A DNA stretch of 64,000 bases, taken from NCBI RefSeq assembly GCF_009914755.1, contig NC_060934.1, one strand, 5' to 3'. The position numbers were made by a program, and so were the translations under genes. The notes beneath the pieces were generated by a model. It saw only the letters and a list, made by a program, of their open reading frames with translations, was not told the DNA's origin and did not search any database. Shown piece by piece: positions 23,295-35,200 of the stretch; the stretch's first letter is position 1; every line of letters starts with the position of its first letter. The stretch is from the human T2T-CHM13v2.0 reference genome, Homo sapiens.

Positions 23295-26200
23295 AAATAC
23301 TCTTTTTAAATAATATGTGAAGGGACATTGGGGAGCCCTTTAAGCCTATCTGGTAAAACTGAATATCCCTGATAAACACTGGAAAGAAACTAACTGTGAA
23401 ACAGTTTTGTGATGTGTAGATTCATCACAAATTTTAAACCTTTGTTTTGATTCAGCCAGTAGGCAACACTCTTTTTGAACCATCTGCAAAAGGACAGTTG
23501 GGATCCCATTGAAGCCTATGGAGAAAAACAGAATATCACCAGATTAAAACCAGAAAGAAGCTCTGTGAAACTGCTCTCCAATGTGTGGATTCATATCACA
23601 GAGTTAAGCCTTTCTTTTGATCCAGCATGTTGGAAACTCTCTTTTCATAGAATCTACAAAGGTACATTTAAGAGCCCATTGAGGCTTATGAGCAAAACCA
23701 GAAATTCCCCAGTTAAACAACTCAAAAGAAGATATTTGTGAAACACTTTGTGTTGTGTGGATTCATCTAACAGAGGAAAACTTTTCTTCTGATCCAGCAG
23801 GTTGGTAGCACTCTTTTTGGAGAATCTACCAAGTACATTTTGGAGCCCATTGATGCCTACAAAGAATAACAAAATAGCCTCAGATAAAAACTAGAAAGAA
23901 CCTATCGAGGAAACTGCTTTGTGAAGTGTGGATCCATCTCAGAGAGTTAAACCTTTATTTTGGTACAGCAGGTTATAGACAATCTTTTTGTAGAATCTGT
24001 GGAAGGATGTTTCGGAGTCCATTGAAGCCTATGTGTAAAAACTGAATAACCCATGATAAAAACTAGAAAGAAACTATCTGTGGAACTGCTTTGTTATGTA
24101 TGGATTCAAATCACAGAGTTAAATGTTTATTGCAATACAGCAGGTTAGAAACACTCTAATTGTTGAATGTGTGAAGGGACATGTTGGAGCTCATTTTGGC
24201 CTATGAGGAACAAGAGAATATCCCCAGATTAAAACTAGAAAGAAGCTATCTGTGAAACATCTTTGTGATGTGTACATTCATCTGATAGAGTTATAGCGAT
24301 CTTTTCATTCAGCAGGTTGGAGACACTCTTTTTTTTTCCAAAGGGATATTTAGAACCCCATTGAGACTTAGGGGGAAAAAATGAATATCCCTAAATAAAA
24401 ACTAGAAAGCAGCTTTCTGTGAAACTGCTTTGTGATGTGTGGACTCATCTTACAGAGTTACAATTTTCTTTTGATTCAGCAGGTTGGAAACACTCTTTTT
24501 GTAGTATGTGTGAGGAGACATTTTGGAATCCTTTGAGGCTTACAAAGTAAATCCAAATATCCCCAGATAAAAACTAGAAGGAAGGTATCTGTGAAACTGC
24601 TTTGTGATGTGCAGATGGATATCACAGATTTAAATCTTTCTTTTGATAAAGCAGATTGAAGGTAATCTTTTTGGAGAATCCCCAAAGGCACATTTGGGAG
24701 CCCATTGAGGCCTGTGGGGACAAACAGACTATCCCCAGATAAAAACTAGAAAGAAGCTATCTGTGAAACTGCTTTGTGATGTGTGGATTCATCCACAGAG
24801 TTACAACTTTCTTTTGATTCAGCAGGTTAAAAACACTCTTTTTGTAGTATGTGTGAAGAGACAGTTTGGAGCCCTTTGAGACTTATGGAGTAAAACCAAA
24901 TATCCTCAGATAAAAACTAGAAGGAAGCTATCTGTGAAACTGCTTTGTGATGTGTGGATGGATCTCACAGAGTTAAACCTTTTTTTTTCATACAGCAGAT
25001 TTTTGAGAATCTGTGAAGGAACATTTGACAACCCATTGAGGCTCGTTGGTTAAAACTAATATCCTCACATAAAAACTAGAAAGAAGCTATCTGTGAAACT
25101 GTTTTGTGACATGTGAATTCATCTCACTGAATTAAACCATTTTTTTGACACAGCAGGTTGGACATGCTCTTTTTAGACAACCTGCAGAAGGACATTTGGA
25201 AGCCTATTGAGGCCTACGGGGAAAAACGGAATATCCCCAGATAATAACTAGAAAGAAGCAATCTGTGAAACTGCTTTGTGCTGTGGGGGTTCATGTCACA
25301 GGAATAAATATTTTTTTTTGATTCAGCAGGGTGGAAACACTCTTTTTGCAGAATCTGCAAAGGGATATTTGGGAGCCCATTGTGTCCTAAGGGGAAAACA
25401 GAGTATCCTCAAATTAAAACTATAAAGAAGCTATCTGTGACACTGCTTTGTGATCTGTGGATTCATCTCACAGAGGTAAACCTTTCTTTGTATTCACCAA
25501 ATTAAAAACCACACTTTTTGTAGAATCTATGAAGGGATATTTTGGAGCCCATTAATGCCTATGAAAAAAACTGAATATCCCCAGATAAAAAATAGAAAGA
25601 AGCTATCTGTGAAATTGGTTTGTGATGTTTGGGTTTTCTCACAGAGTTAATTCTTTCATTTGGTTCAGCAGGTTATAAACACTCTTTTTGTAGATTTACT
25701 AAGGGATATTTTGGAGCCATTTAAACCCTATTAAAAAAAACTGAATATCCCCAGAAAAAAATTAGAAAGAACCTATCTGTGAAACTGCATTGTGTTATAT
25801 GGATTCATCTCACAGAGGTAAAACTTTCTAGTGTTTCAGCAGATTGGGTATATGCTAATTTTTGAATCTGCAAAGGGACATTTGGGAGCCCTTTGATGCC
25901 TTGTAGAAAAAGTTAATATCCCCAGATTAAAACTAGATAGAAACTATCTGTGAAACTGCTTTGTGATTTGTGGATTAATCTCATAGATTAAACCATTCTT
26001 TTGATCTAGAAGGTTGGAAACATTCTTTTCATATAATCTGGGATGGACGTTTGGAAGTCCATTGAGGCATATTAGTAAAAAATTAATATCCCAAGATAAA
26101 AACCAGGAAGAAGCTATCTGTGAAACAGCTTGGTGTTTGGTGGATTCATCCCACTTTGTTAAAAATTTCTTTTCATCCAGCAGGTTAGAAACCCTCTTTT

Positions 26201-29200
26201 TGTAGTATCTTCAAAGGGACATTTTGGAGACCATTGACGCCCATTGGGAAGAACAAAATATCCCCAGATAAAAATTAGAAAGAAGCTGTATGTTAAACTG
26301 CTTTGGGTTGGGTGGATTCATCTCACAGAGTTAAACTTTTCTTTTGATTCATCAGATTGGAAAAACTATTTTTGTAGAATCTGGGATGGGACATTTGGGA
26401 GCCCATTCAAGCCTATGGGGAAAAAAAGATTATCCCCAGATAAAAACTGGAAAGAAGCTATCTTTGAAACTGCTTTGTGACAGGTGGATTCATCTCTCAG
26501 AATTAAATCTTTCTACTGATCCAGAAGGTTTTAAATACTCTTTTTGTAGAATCTGTGAAGGGACATGAGTGAGTCCATTGAAACCTGTGGATAAAATACA
26601 AATATCCCCAGAAAAAAACTAGAAAGAAGCTGTCTGTGACAGGTCTTTCTCTTGTGTGGATTCACGTCAAGGAGTTAAACCTTTCTTTTGATTCAGCAGG
26701 TTGGAAACACTCTAATTGGAGAATCTGTGAAATAACTTTTGGGAGCCCATTGAGGTCTATGAGGGAAAACCGAATATTTTTAGACAAAACCTAGAAACAG
26801 GCTATCTGTAAAACTATGTTGTGATGTGTGGATTTATCTCATAGAGCTAAAACTTTAATTTGATTCAGCAGGTTGGTAACACTCCTTGTAGAGAATCTGC
26901 TAAGGGACATTTGGGAGCCCATTGAAGCCAAGGGAGGAAACAATACCCCCAGAAAGAAGCTATTTGTGAAACTGCTTTGTGATGTGTGAATTCATCTCAC
27001 AGAATTAAACTTTTCTTTTTATTCAGTAGCTTGGAAACACTCTTTTTGGAGAATCTGTGAAAGGACATTTTGGATTCTTTTTTATCCTTGGGAAAGGAAA
27101 TAAATATTCCCATTTAAAACTGGAAAGAAGCAATCTGTATAACTGCTTTGTGATGTGTAAATTCATCTCACAGAGTTAAAACTTTCTTTTAATTCAGCAG
27201 GTTGAAAGCACAGTTTTTGGAGAACCTGGGATGGAACATTTGGGGGCCCATTGAAGCCTATGGGGAGAAACAGAATATCCCTTGACAAAAACTAGAAAGA
27301 ATCTATCTGTGAAAACGCATTGTGATGTGTCCATTTATCTCACCGAGTTAAACCTTTCTTTTGATTCAGCAGGGTGGAAATACCCTTTTTATAGACTCTT
27401 TGAAGGGACATTTGGGAGCCCATTGTGGCCTATGGGGAAAAAGTAAATATCCACAGATAAAAACTAGAAAAATGCTATTTGGGAAACTGTTTTGGTATAT
27501 GTGGATTCATCTCACAGATTAAACCTTTCTTTTGATTCAGAAGGTGGGAAACACTCTTTTAAACAGTCTGCAAAGGAATATTTAAAAGCCCATTTAGCCC
27601 TATGGAGAAAAACAAAATATCCTCAGGTAAGAACTAGAAAGAAGCTATCTGTGAAATTGCTTTGGGTTGTGTAGATTAATCTCATAGAGATAAAACTTTC
27701 TTCTGATTCAGCAGGTTGGAAACACTGTTTTTGGAGAATCTGTGAAGAGACATTTGGGAGCCCACTGAGGCCTATCAGGGAAAACCAAATATACCCACAT
27801 AAAAACTAAAAGAAGCTATCAGTGAAACTTTTTTGTGATATGTGGATTCGTCTCACATACTTAAACCTTTCTTTTCATACAACAGGTTGAAAACACTCTT
27901 TTTGGAGAATCTGTGAAGGGACATTTGGGAGGCCTTTGAAGCCTACAGGGAAAAATTGTACATCCCTGGATAAAAACTAGAAAGAAGCTATCTGTGAAAC
28001 TGCTTTGTGATGTGTGGATTCAACTCTCAGAGTTAAAACTTTCTTGTAATTCATTAGGTTGGAAACCGTCTAATTGTTGAATGTGCGAAGAAATATTTTG
28101 GAGACCATTGTGGCCTATGTGGAACAAGAGAACATCCCCAGATAAAAACTAGAAGTAAGCTATCTGTGAAACTGCTTTGTGATGTCTGGATTCATCTTAT
28201 AGAGTTTGACCGTTTTTTTAATACAGCATGTTGGAAACACTCTTTATGGAGTATCTTTGAAGGTATATTTAAAGGCCCTTTGAGGCCTATGTGGAAAAAC
28301 CGAATATCCCCAGATAAAAACTAGAAAACAGCTTTCTGTGAAACTGTTTTGTGATGTGTGGGCTGGACTAACAGAGTTAAAGCTTCATTTTGATTCAGCA
28401 GGTTGGAAACTCTTTTTGGGTATTCTGTGAAGGGACATTTGTGAGCCCTTGAATCCTATTGGGAAAAACTGAATATCCCCAGATAAAAACTCAGAAAAAG
28501 CTGTCTATAAAACTCCTTAGTGATGTGTTGATGCATTTCAGAGTTAAACCTGCCTTTTGATACAGCACATTGAAAATAATCTTTTTGGAGAATCTGCGAA
28601 GGGACATTTGGGAGCCCATTGAGTCCTATGCAGTAAAGCTGAATATCTCCAGATAAAGACTAAAAAGAAATTATCTCTGACACGGTTTTGTGATGTGTGG
28701 ATTCATCTCACAAAGTTAAACCTTCCTTTGGTTCAGCAGGTCAGAAGCCATCTTTTTGGAGAATCTGTGAAGGGTTATTTTGTGTCCCATTGAGGCCTAT
28801 GGGGAAAAATGGAATATCCCCAGATAAAAACTAGAAGAAACTATCTGCAAAACTGATTTGTGATGTGTGGATTCATCTCAGAGAGTTAAAATTTCCTGTG
28901 ATTCAGCAGGTTACAAACACTCTTTTTGTAGAATATGTGAAGAGATATTTGGGAGCCCTTTGAGGCCTATGAAGAAAAACGAAGTATCCCCAGGTAAAAA
29001 CTAGAAAGAAGCTGTTTGTGAAACTGCTTTGTGATTTGTGGATAAATCTCTTAGAGTGAAATGTTTCTTTTGATTCAGTAGGTTGAAAATATTATTTTTG
29101 GAGAATCTGAGAAGGAACATTTTTCAGCCCATTGAGGCCCATGGTTTAAAACTGAATATCCCCACGTAAAATCTAGAAAGACACTATCTGTGATACTGCT

Positions 29201-32200
29201 TTTTGATGTATGGATTCATCTCACAGACATAAACATTTCTTTTGATTCAGCAGGTTGAAAACTTTCTTTTTGTAGTACCCTCTAAGTTATATTTGGGAGC
29301 CATTTGAGGCCTATGAAGAAAAACTGAATATCCCCAGATAAAAACGAGAAAGAAGTTATCTGTGAAACTGCTTCATGATATGTAAATTCATCTTACAGAG
29401 TTAAACTTTTTTTTGTGACTTAGCATGTTGGAAACACTCTAATTCTTAAATTTGCAAAGGTACATTTCACTGCCCTTTGAGCCCTGCAGGGAAAAATGTG
29501 AATATTCCCAGATTAAAACTAGAAAGAATATTTTTGTGAAACTGCTTCGTGATGTGTGGATACATTTCATAGAATTAAACCATTCTTTTGATCCAAGAGA
29601 TGGAAACTCTCTTTCTGTAGTATCTGGGAAGGGACATTTAGGAACCCATGGAGCCCTATTGGTAAAAACTTAATGTCCCCACATAAAAACTAGAAATAAG
29701 CTAACATTGAAACTGCTTTGTGTTGGGTGGATTCATCTCACAGAGCAAAACTTTTCTTTTGATTCAGCAGGAGGGAAACACTCTTTTTGAACAATCTGTG
29801 AGGGATATTTGGGAGCCCATTGAGCCTTATCAAGAAAAACTGAATATCCTGAGGTAAAAACTAGAAAGAATTTATCTGTGAAACGGCTTTGTGATAAGTG
29901 GATTCATCTCACAGAGTTACACCTCTCTTTTGATTCAGCAAGATTGAAACACCCTTTTTGGAGAATCTGCAAAGGGACATTAGGAAGCCCATGGAGGTCT
30001 AAGGGGAAAAACTGAATATTCCCAGATAAAATCTAGAAGGGAGCTATCTGTGAAACTGCTTTGTGATGTGTGGATTCATCTCACAGAGGTAAATGTATCT
30101 CTTGATTCAGCAGGTTGGAAACACTTTTTAAAGAATCTTCAGTGGGACAATTGGGAGCCCGTTGAGGCCTAAGGGGAAAAAGAGAATATCCCCCAATAAA
30201 ACTACAATAAAACTATCTGTGTAACTGCTTTGTGATACGTGGATTCATCTCACAGAAATAAACTTATCTCTTAATTCAGCAGGTTGGAAACCCTTCTATT
30301 GTAGAATGGGGCATTTGGGAGCCCATGGAAGCCTGTGTGGAAACCTATATTCCCAGATAAAAACAAGAAAGAAGCTATCTGTCAAAATGCTTTGTGATAT
30401 GTGGATTCATCTCACAGGTTAAAGGTTTCCTTTGATTCAGCAGGTTGGAAAAACTCTTTATGGAAATTCTGGGGAGAGACATTTGGGAGACCATGGTGGC
30501 CTGTGGGGAAAAACTGAATATCTCTAGATAAAAACTGGAGACAGGCTACCTGGGAAACTGCTTCATGATGTATGGATTCATCTCACAGAGTTAAACCATT
30601 CTTTTGATTCAGCAGGTTGGAAACACTCTTTTTGTAGAATCTGCAAAAAGATATGTTGGAGCCCATTGAGGCCTATGGGTAAAAACCGAACATCTCCAGA
30701 TAAAAAAAAATAGATGGAAGCTATCTGTGAAACTGCTTTTCGATGTTTGGATTATTGACACATAGTTCAACCTTCATTTTGATTCAGCAGTTTGGAAACA
30801 CTCTTTTTGGAGAATCTCTGAAAGGACATTTAAGGGCCCATTGAGGTCTATGTGATAAAATTGAATAGCCCCAGAGAAAAACTAGAAAAAAACTATCTGA
30901 GAAACTGCTTTGTGATGTGTGGATTCATCTCACAGAGTTAAATCTTTCTTTTGTTTCAGCAGGTTAAAACAACTCTTTTGTAGAATCTGCAAAGGGACAT
31001 TTTAGAGCCCATTTTTGTCTACAGGAAATAACCAAATATGCCAGATAAAACTAGAAAGCAGCTATCCCTGAAACTTGTTTTTATTTGTTGACTCAACAAA
31101 TAAATTGTAACTCAATGAGTTACAATTTCTTTTGATTCAGCAGGTTGGAAGTGCTCTTTTAGGAGAATCTGCAAAGGGACATTTGGGAGCCAATTGAGGC
31201 CTATAAGGACAAACTGAATATCCACAGATACAAAGTACAAAATAGCTATCCATGAAACTGCTTTGTGATGTGGGGATTCATCTCACAAATGTAAAGCTTT
31301 TGTTTGATTCAGGAGGTTGAAAACACTCTTTTTGGAGACTCTGTGAAGGGACATTCAGGAGTCCTTTGAGGCCTATGAGGAAACAATGGATTATCATCAG
31401 ATAAAGACTAGAAAGAAGCTATCTGTGAAACTGCTTTGTGATGTGTGGATTCATCTCACAGATTTAAAACTTTCTTCTGATTCACCAAGTTGGAAACCCT
31501 CTTTTTGGACAGTCTGCAAAGGAACATTTTGGATTCCGTTGAGATCTATGGGGAATAACTAAATATCCCCAGATAAAAACTAGAAAGAATCTATCTGTGA
31601 AAATGCTTTGTGATGTTTGAATTCAACTCACAGAGTTAAACCTTTCTTTTGATTCAGCAGTTAGAAACACTCTTTGTGGAGGATATACGAAGTCATATTT
31701 GGCAGCCCACTGAGGCCTTTGGAGAAAAACAGAATATCCCCAGATAAAAACTAGAAAGAAGTTAACTGTGAAGCTGATTTGTGAGATGTGGATTAATCTC
31801 GAAGAGGTAACCTGTCTTTTGATTCATCAGGTTGAAAACACTCTTTTTGTAGAATATGTGAAGTGACATTTGGGAGGCCATTGAGGCCTACAGAAAAAAA
31901 CCAATATCCTTAGATAAAAACTGGAAAGAAGCTATCTGTGAAACTGCTTTGTGATGTGTGGATTCATCTCACAGAGTTAAACTTTTCTTTGGATTCAGCA
32001 GGTTGGAAATACTCTTTTTGGAGTATCTGCAAAGGCATTTTTGGGTGTCTATTAAGGCCTATGGGGAAAAACTGAATTTCCACATATAAAAACTAGAAAG
32101 AAGCTATTTGTGAAACTGCTTTGAGGTGAAAGTAAGCATCTCACAGATAAACTTTTTTTTGATACAGTCTGTTGAAAACACTGTTTTTGGAGAATCTATG

Positions 32201-35200
32201 AAGGGACATTTGAGAGCCCATTGAGACCTATGTGGAAAAACTGAATATCCAGAAATTAAACCAAGAAAGAAGCTATCTGTGAAGCTGCTTTGTGATGTGT
32301 GAATTCATCTCATATGGCTAACTTTTTCTTTTGATTCAGCAGATTGGTAGCACTCTTTTTAGAGAATCTGCAAGGGACATTTTAGAGTGCATTGAGACCA
32401 ATGGGGAAAACTGAATATTCCCCTATAAAAAGAAGAAAGAATCTAGCTCTGAAACTGCTTTGTGATTTGTGGATTCATCACAGAATGGTTAAACTTTCTA
32501 CTGATTCACCAGGTTGGAAATACTCTTCTTGTAAAATCTGCAAAGGGACATTTGTGAGCCCAGTGAAGCCTGTGGTGCAAAATCGAATGTCCTCAGAGAA
32601 AAACTAGAAAGAAGGTATCAGTGAAATAGTTTTTTGAGGTGTGGATTCTTTTCACAGAGATAAACCTTTCTTTCTGTTCAGCATATTGGAAACACTTATT
32701 TTGGAGAACATACAAGGATACATTTGGAAGCCCTTTGAGGTCTATGGGGCCAAATCCAAAATCCCCAGATAAAAAGTAGAAAAAAGCTATCTGCAAAACA
32801 GCTTTGTGAAGTGTGGATTCTTCTCACAGAGTTAAACGAGTCTTTTGATTCAGCACTTTGAAAACCTCTTTTTGGAGAATCAGGTAAGGGGCATTTGGGA
32901 GCCCATTGAGGCCGATGGGGAAAAAACAAATTTTTCCTGATAAAAACTAGAAACAAACTATCTGTGAAACTGCTCTGTGAAGTGTGGATTCATTTCACAG
33001 AGTTAAACCTTTCTTTCAATTCAGTAGGTTGGAAAAGCTATTTTTCGAGCAGCTGAAAAGGGCCATTTGGGAGCCCAGTGATTTCTACGGGGCAAAACCA
33101 AATATTTCAAATAAAAAACTAGAAAGAAGCTATCTTTGAAACTGATTTGTAATGTGTGCATTCGTCATACAGAGTTAAAACTTTCTTTTGATTCAAAAAA
33201 ATTGGAAACACTCTTTTTGGAGAATCTGCAAAGAGACATTTTGGAGCCCATTGTGTTCTATGGGGGAAAACCAAATATCCCCAGAAAAAAAAAAAAAACC
33301 TAGAAAGAAGCTGTCTGTGAAACTGCTTTTTGATGTGTGTATTCATCTCACAGATTTAAGCCTTTCTTTTGATTCAGCAGGTTGGAAACTTTCTTTTTGG
33401 AGTAACTGCAAAGGGATATTTCAGAGCCCTTTAGGGCCTATGGGGAAAAACAGAACACACCTAGATGAAAACTAGAAAAAAGCTATCTGTGAAACTCTTT
33501 CATGATGTGTGGATTTATCTCACAGAGTTAAAACTTTCTTTTGATTCAGCAGGTTGAAAACTCTCTTTTTGGAGAATCTGTGAAGGGACATTTGGGTGTC
33601 AATTTATGCCTATGGAGAAAAACTGACTACCCCCAGATAAAACTAGTAAGAAGCTACCTGTGAAACTGCTTTGCTATGTGTGGATTCATCTCATAGAGTT
33701 AAACCTTTCTTTTGATTCAGCAGGTTGGAAAAATTATTTTTGGAGAATCAGTGGAGGGACACTTGGGAACCCATTGAGGCCTACAAGTAAAATCAGAATG
33801 TTTTCAGATATAAACTAGAAAGAAGCTACGTGTAAAATAGCTTTGTAATGTGTGGATTTATCTTACAGAGATAAATCTTTATTTTGATCAAGTAGGTTGG
33901 CAACACTATTTTTGACAAATCTGCAAAGACACATTTGGGAGCCCATTGAGGCCTATGTGGAAAAACTGAATATCACCAGATAAATAGTAGAAAGAATCTA
34001 TCTGTGAAACTCTCTTGGTGTGTGGATTCATCTCACATAGTTAAACCTTTCTTTGGATACAGCACTTTTGAAGCACTCTTTTTGTAGAATCTGTGAAGGG
34101 AGATTTGAGAGCATATTGTTTCCTGTGAAGGAAAATTGATTATTCCAAGATTAAAACTAAAAAGAAGCTACGTGTGAAACTGCTTAGTAATGTGTGGACA
34201 CACCTCCCAGAGTTAAACCTTTCTTTTGATTCACCAGGTTGGAAACACTTTTTTTGAAGAAAATTTAAAGGGACATTCGGGACCTCATTGGGGCCTACGG
34301 GGAAAAACAAAATATCCTCAGATAAAAACTGGAAAGAAGTTATCTGTGAAGCTGCTTTGTGAAGTGTGGATTCATTCCCCAATTCTAAACCTCTCTTTTG
34401 ATTCAGCAGGTTGGAAACAATCTTTTTTTGGGAATCTGCAAAGTGACATTCAGGAGAACATTAAGGCTTATGGGGGGAAAAACAAATGTCCCCAGAAAAA
34501 CGAGACAGAAGCTGTCTGTGAAAAAAACTGAATATCCCCAGGGAAAAAAAAAAAAAAAAAACTAAGAAGAAGCTCTCTGTGAAACTGCTATGTGATGAGT
34601 GGATTCATCTCCACAGAGTTAAATATTTCCATTTATTCAGCAGTATGGAAACACTCTTTTTTGACAATATGCAAAACGATGTTTTGGAGCCCACTGAGGT
34701 CTATGGGTAAAAATCTACTATCCAGAGATAAAAACTAGAAAGAAGCTATCTGAGAAATTGCTTTGGGATGTGTGAATTCATCTCACAGAGTTAAAACTTT
34801 CTTTTGATTCAGCAGGCTGGAACATTGTTTTTGAAGTATCTGTGAATTTACGTTTGGGAACCCATTGAGGCCAATGGACAAAAACTGAATTTACTCAGAT
34901 ATAAACTTAAAAGAAGATATCTGTGAAATGGCTTTGTGATGTAAGGATTCATCTCACAGAGTTAAACCTATCTTTTGATTCAGCAGGTTGGAAACCCTCT
35001 TTTTGAAGAATATGAGAAGGGATATTTGGGAGATCATTGAGGCCTAAGAAGAAAATCCAAATATACCCAGATAAAAAACAGAAAGAAGGAATATGAGAAA
35101 CTGCTTTGGGATGTGTGCATTCATCATACAGAATTAATCCTTTTTTTCTTTTTGATTCAGCAGGTGGGAGACATTCCTTTGCAGAATCAGCAAAGGGGCA

